Below, piece after piece: positions 62,249 to 64,000 of a stretch of 64,000 nucleotides of DNA; position 1 is the first letter of the stretch; the number at the start of each line of letters is the position of its first letter. The notes beneath the pieces were generated by a model. The model saw only the letters and a program-made list of their open reading frames with translations, was not told where the DNA came from and ran no database searches. The stretch comes from a virus. Location: positions 32,001 through 96,000 of the IMG/VR virus record IMGVR_UViG_3300026538_000054; one strand, 5' to 3'. The position numbers were made by a program, and so were the translations under genes.

Positions 62249-63067
62249 ATGAGGATCTTTGCGTGCGTTCTCCTGCTACCATTCCTGCTTCTCGGCCCTG
62301 CCGAGACCAGGAGGGCAGGACAAGCTCCCACGGCCGAGAAGCGACCGCGTGGCGCATTGAGTTTGAAGCTCGACGGCAACGTGCTGCTCATCGTGCAGTC
62401 GATGCCTTGTACGGTGACGGCCCCCGCCGGCGCAGACTTCTACATGTGGAACTACCCTGAGACCGTGAAGGCCTCAGCCGACGACAACGTCCTGGTGGTG
62501 AAAGACGCCCCCAAGGGCGCTTCGACGATCTCGGTCCTCTCCGTTACCATTGACTTTCAGCTCGACAAGGACGGGAAGGTCAAGAAAGAGATCAAGAAGG
62601 AGACCGGGTCGATCGTCTTGACCTACGGGAGTGGCCCTGAGCCGAAGCCGCCCGTTCCGCCAGGACCGCTTCCGCCCGATCCTCCAGGCCCTGATGACGC
62701 GCCGATCAAGGAGCCAGGCTTTCGCGTCTTGATCGTCTACGAGTCAGCCGAGTTGACCAAGATGCCGTCTGCGCAGCAGTCCGTCCTCTACGCCAAGAGC
62801 GTCAGGGACTACCTGAACGCCAAGTGCGTCGTCGGCCCGGATGGGAAGACGCGTGAGTGGCGCATCTGGGATGCCGACGTGGATACCTCTGCCGAGTCCA
62901 AAATCTGGCAGGGCGCGATGAAGCGGCCCAGGAAGTCCTTGCCCTGGATCTTGATCTCCAACGGCAAGACGGGCTTTGAAGGCGCGCTTCCTGCCGACAC
63001 GACCAAGGCGCTCGAGCTCCTGAAGAAGTACGCCGAGACGTCGACGACGAAAGGTGGCCAGAGATGA
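62249..63067 (+). CDS. Exported protein with Pro-rich linker and thioredoxin-like C-terminal domain
   Basis: Signal peptide, PEPKPPVPPGP linker, VLIVYES...LPWILI. Confidence 0.6.
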   Translation: MRIFACVLLLPFLLLGPAETRRAGQAPTAEKRPRGALSLKLDGNVLLIVQSMPCTVTAPAGADFYMWNYPETVKASADDNVLVVKDAPKGASTISVLSVTIDFQLDKDGKVKKEIKKETGSIVLTYGSGPEPKPPVPPGPLPPDPPGPDDAPIKEPGFRVLIVYESAELTKMPSAQQSVLYAKSVRDYLNAKCVVGPDGKTREWRIWDADVDTSAESKIWQGAMKRPRKSLPWILISNGKTGFEGALPADTTKALELLKKYAETSTTKGGQR

Positions 63068-63984
63068 TGCTACGGCCCAACGAGTTGCTGATCGGCGACC
63101 ACAACTACGCTGAGCACGTCGTCTCCGTGGTGGACGGGGAGCAGAAGGCCAGGGGCCTCGTCCCGCGGGACTTCAAGCTTCACCCTCAAGGGTGCTACGG
63201 CAGCGTCCAGGCCGTGGACATCCCGCTTATCCCCAGGGGCGAATGGAGCGAGCGGATCAAGGACAAGGTCGCGCAGCAGTCGCAACTCTCGGACATCAGG
63301 CTGGTCGGCAACAACGGACAAATAATACCCTCCCTCGACCAGGGAAATAAGGGTTATTGCTGGGCGCACAGCACGACGCAGGGAGTTATCATCGCCCGTG
63401 CGGTCAGCAATCAGCCTTATGTTCCGTTAAGTGCCTATGCCGTGGCTTGTGTTTTGAAAAACTTTCGGGATGAGGGCGGTTGGGGCGCTCTCTCTTGCGA
63501 CTTCATCTCGACGCGTGGCGTGCCCAGCCAGGAGAAGTGGCCGCAGCAGTCGATGAGCCGCAGCAATGACAACCCCGACACCTGGGCCAACGCGGCGCTG
63601 CACAAGATCCAGGAGGGCTGGGTCGACCTGGGGTCCTCGGTCTACGAACGCAACCTCTCCTTCGACCAGACGATCAGCCTGCTGCTCTCGGATGTTCCGG
63701 TGGTGATCGATCTGAACTGGTGGGGGCACAGTATTTTGGGCTTGGACGCGGTGGACGGCTTGTCGATGCGCAAACAGACGAGGGCGAGGTCTGGCAAGCG
63801 CGCTACGCTGCAGGAGTTCGAGTTAGCCTGGGGCGTGAACGAGGTGACAGGCGGCTACGGCGTACGCATACTGAACAGTTGGTCAGATGCGTGGTCCGAT
63901 CGTGGCATGGGAACGCTCTCCGGCAGCAAGGCGATCCCGGACGGTGCGGTCGCTCCGCGAGCCATCACGGCCGCGGCAGCGTAG
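63064..63984 (+). CDS. Papain-like (C1-type) cysteine peptidase
   Basis: DQGNKGYCWAHS, WWGHS, ILNSW catalytic Q/C/H/N pattern. Confidence 0.85.
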   Translation: MMLRPNELLIGDHNYAEHVVSVVDGEQKARGLVPRDFKLHPQGCYGSVQAVDIPLIPRGEWSERIKDKVAQQSQLSDIRLVGNNGQIIPSLDQGNKGYCWAHSTTQGVIIARAVSNQPYVPLSAYAVACVLKNFRDEGGWGALSCDFISTRGVPSQEKWPQQSMSRSNDNPDTWANAALHKIQEGWVDLGSSVYERNLSFDQTISLLLSDVPVVIDLNWWGHSILGLDAVDGLSMRKQTRARSGKRATLQEFELAWGVNEVTGGYGVRILNSWSDAWSDRGMGTLSGSKAIPDGAVAPRAITAAAA

Positions 63985-64000
63985 GGGACTTGCGACGAGG

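Noticed and set aside
1-64000. Cas12/TnpB, Cas1/Cas2 or reverse transcriptase gene
   Set aside because: No ORF shows RuvC/Zn-ribbon, Cas1 or YADD-type RT motifs that I can recognise; any effector must lie outside the window or in the host.

Overview
High-GC, densely coding segment of a large (jumbo-type) bacteriophage, most likely infecting Planctomycetota (Gemmataceae-like: TIGR02996-domain genes, six copies of the Gemmata-type ...GCWALDLxLGK family, a planctomycete LEPR-XLL-type export motif). It encodes its own multisubunit RNA polymerase with an unusual architecture (beta fused to the catalytic half of beta', a separate beta' C-terminal gene, three inteins), dCMP deaminase, KilA-N and two P63C regulators, a tyrosine integrase/xis pair with an attP-like site, a 2H phosphoesterase polyprotein, Csx15- and Csx16-like genes, a GT32 glycosyltransferase and a holin-like/papain-peptidase module. 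The most striking non-coding feature is a 37-bp CRISPR-like repeat (consensus GTGCCAAAGCCCTCTGCAGCGGGCTRAAAGCTGCRAC) found in 26 copies: 11 solitary units and 6 mini-arrays, almost all at gene boundaries. Compensatory changes support an RNA pseudoknot resembling type V-M (Cas12m) repeats, and no Cas effector is visible in the window. Also found: a 7-copy bipartite promoter-like motif (CTWAA-N15-YGTCAATAT), a recurring TTTTCCGGAAAA palindrome, and AT-rich synonymous patches at conserved catalytic motifs. All family assignments come from motif recognition by eye; no database searches were run.
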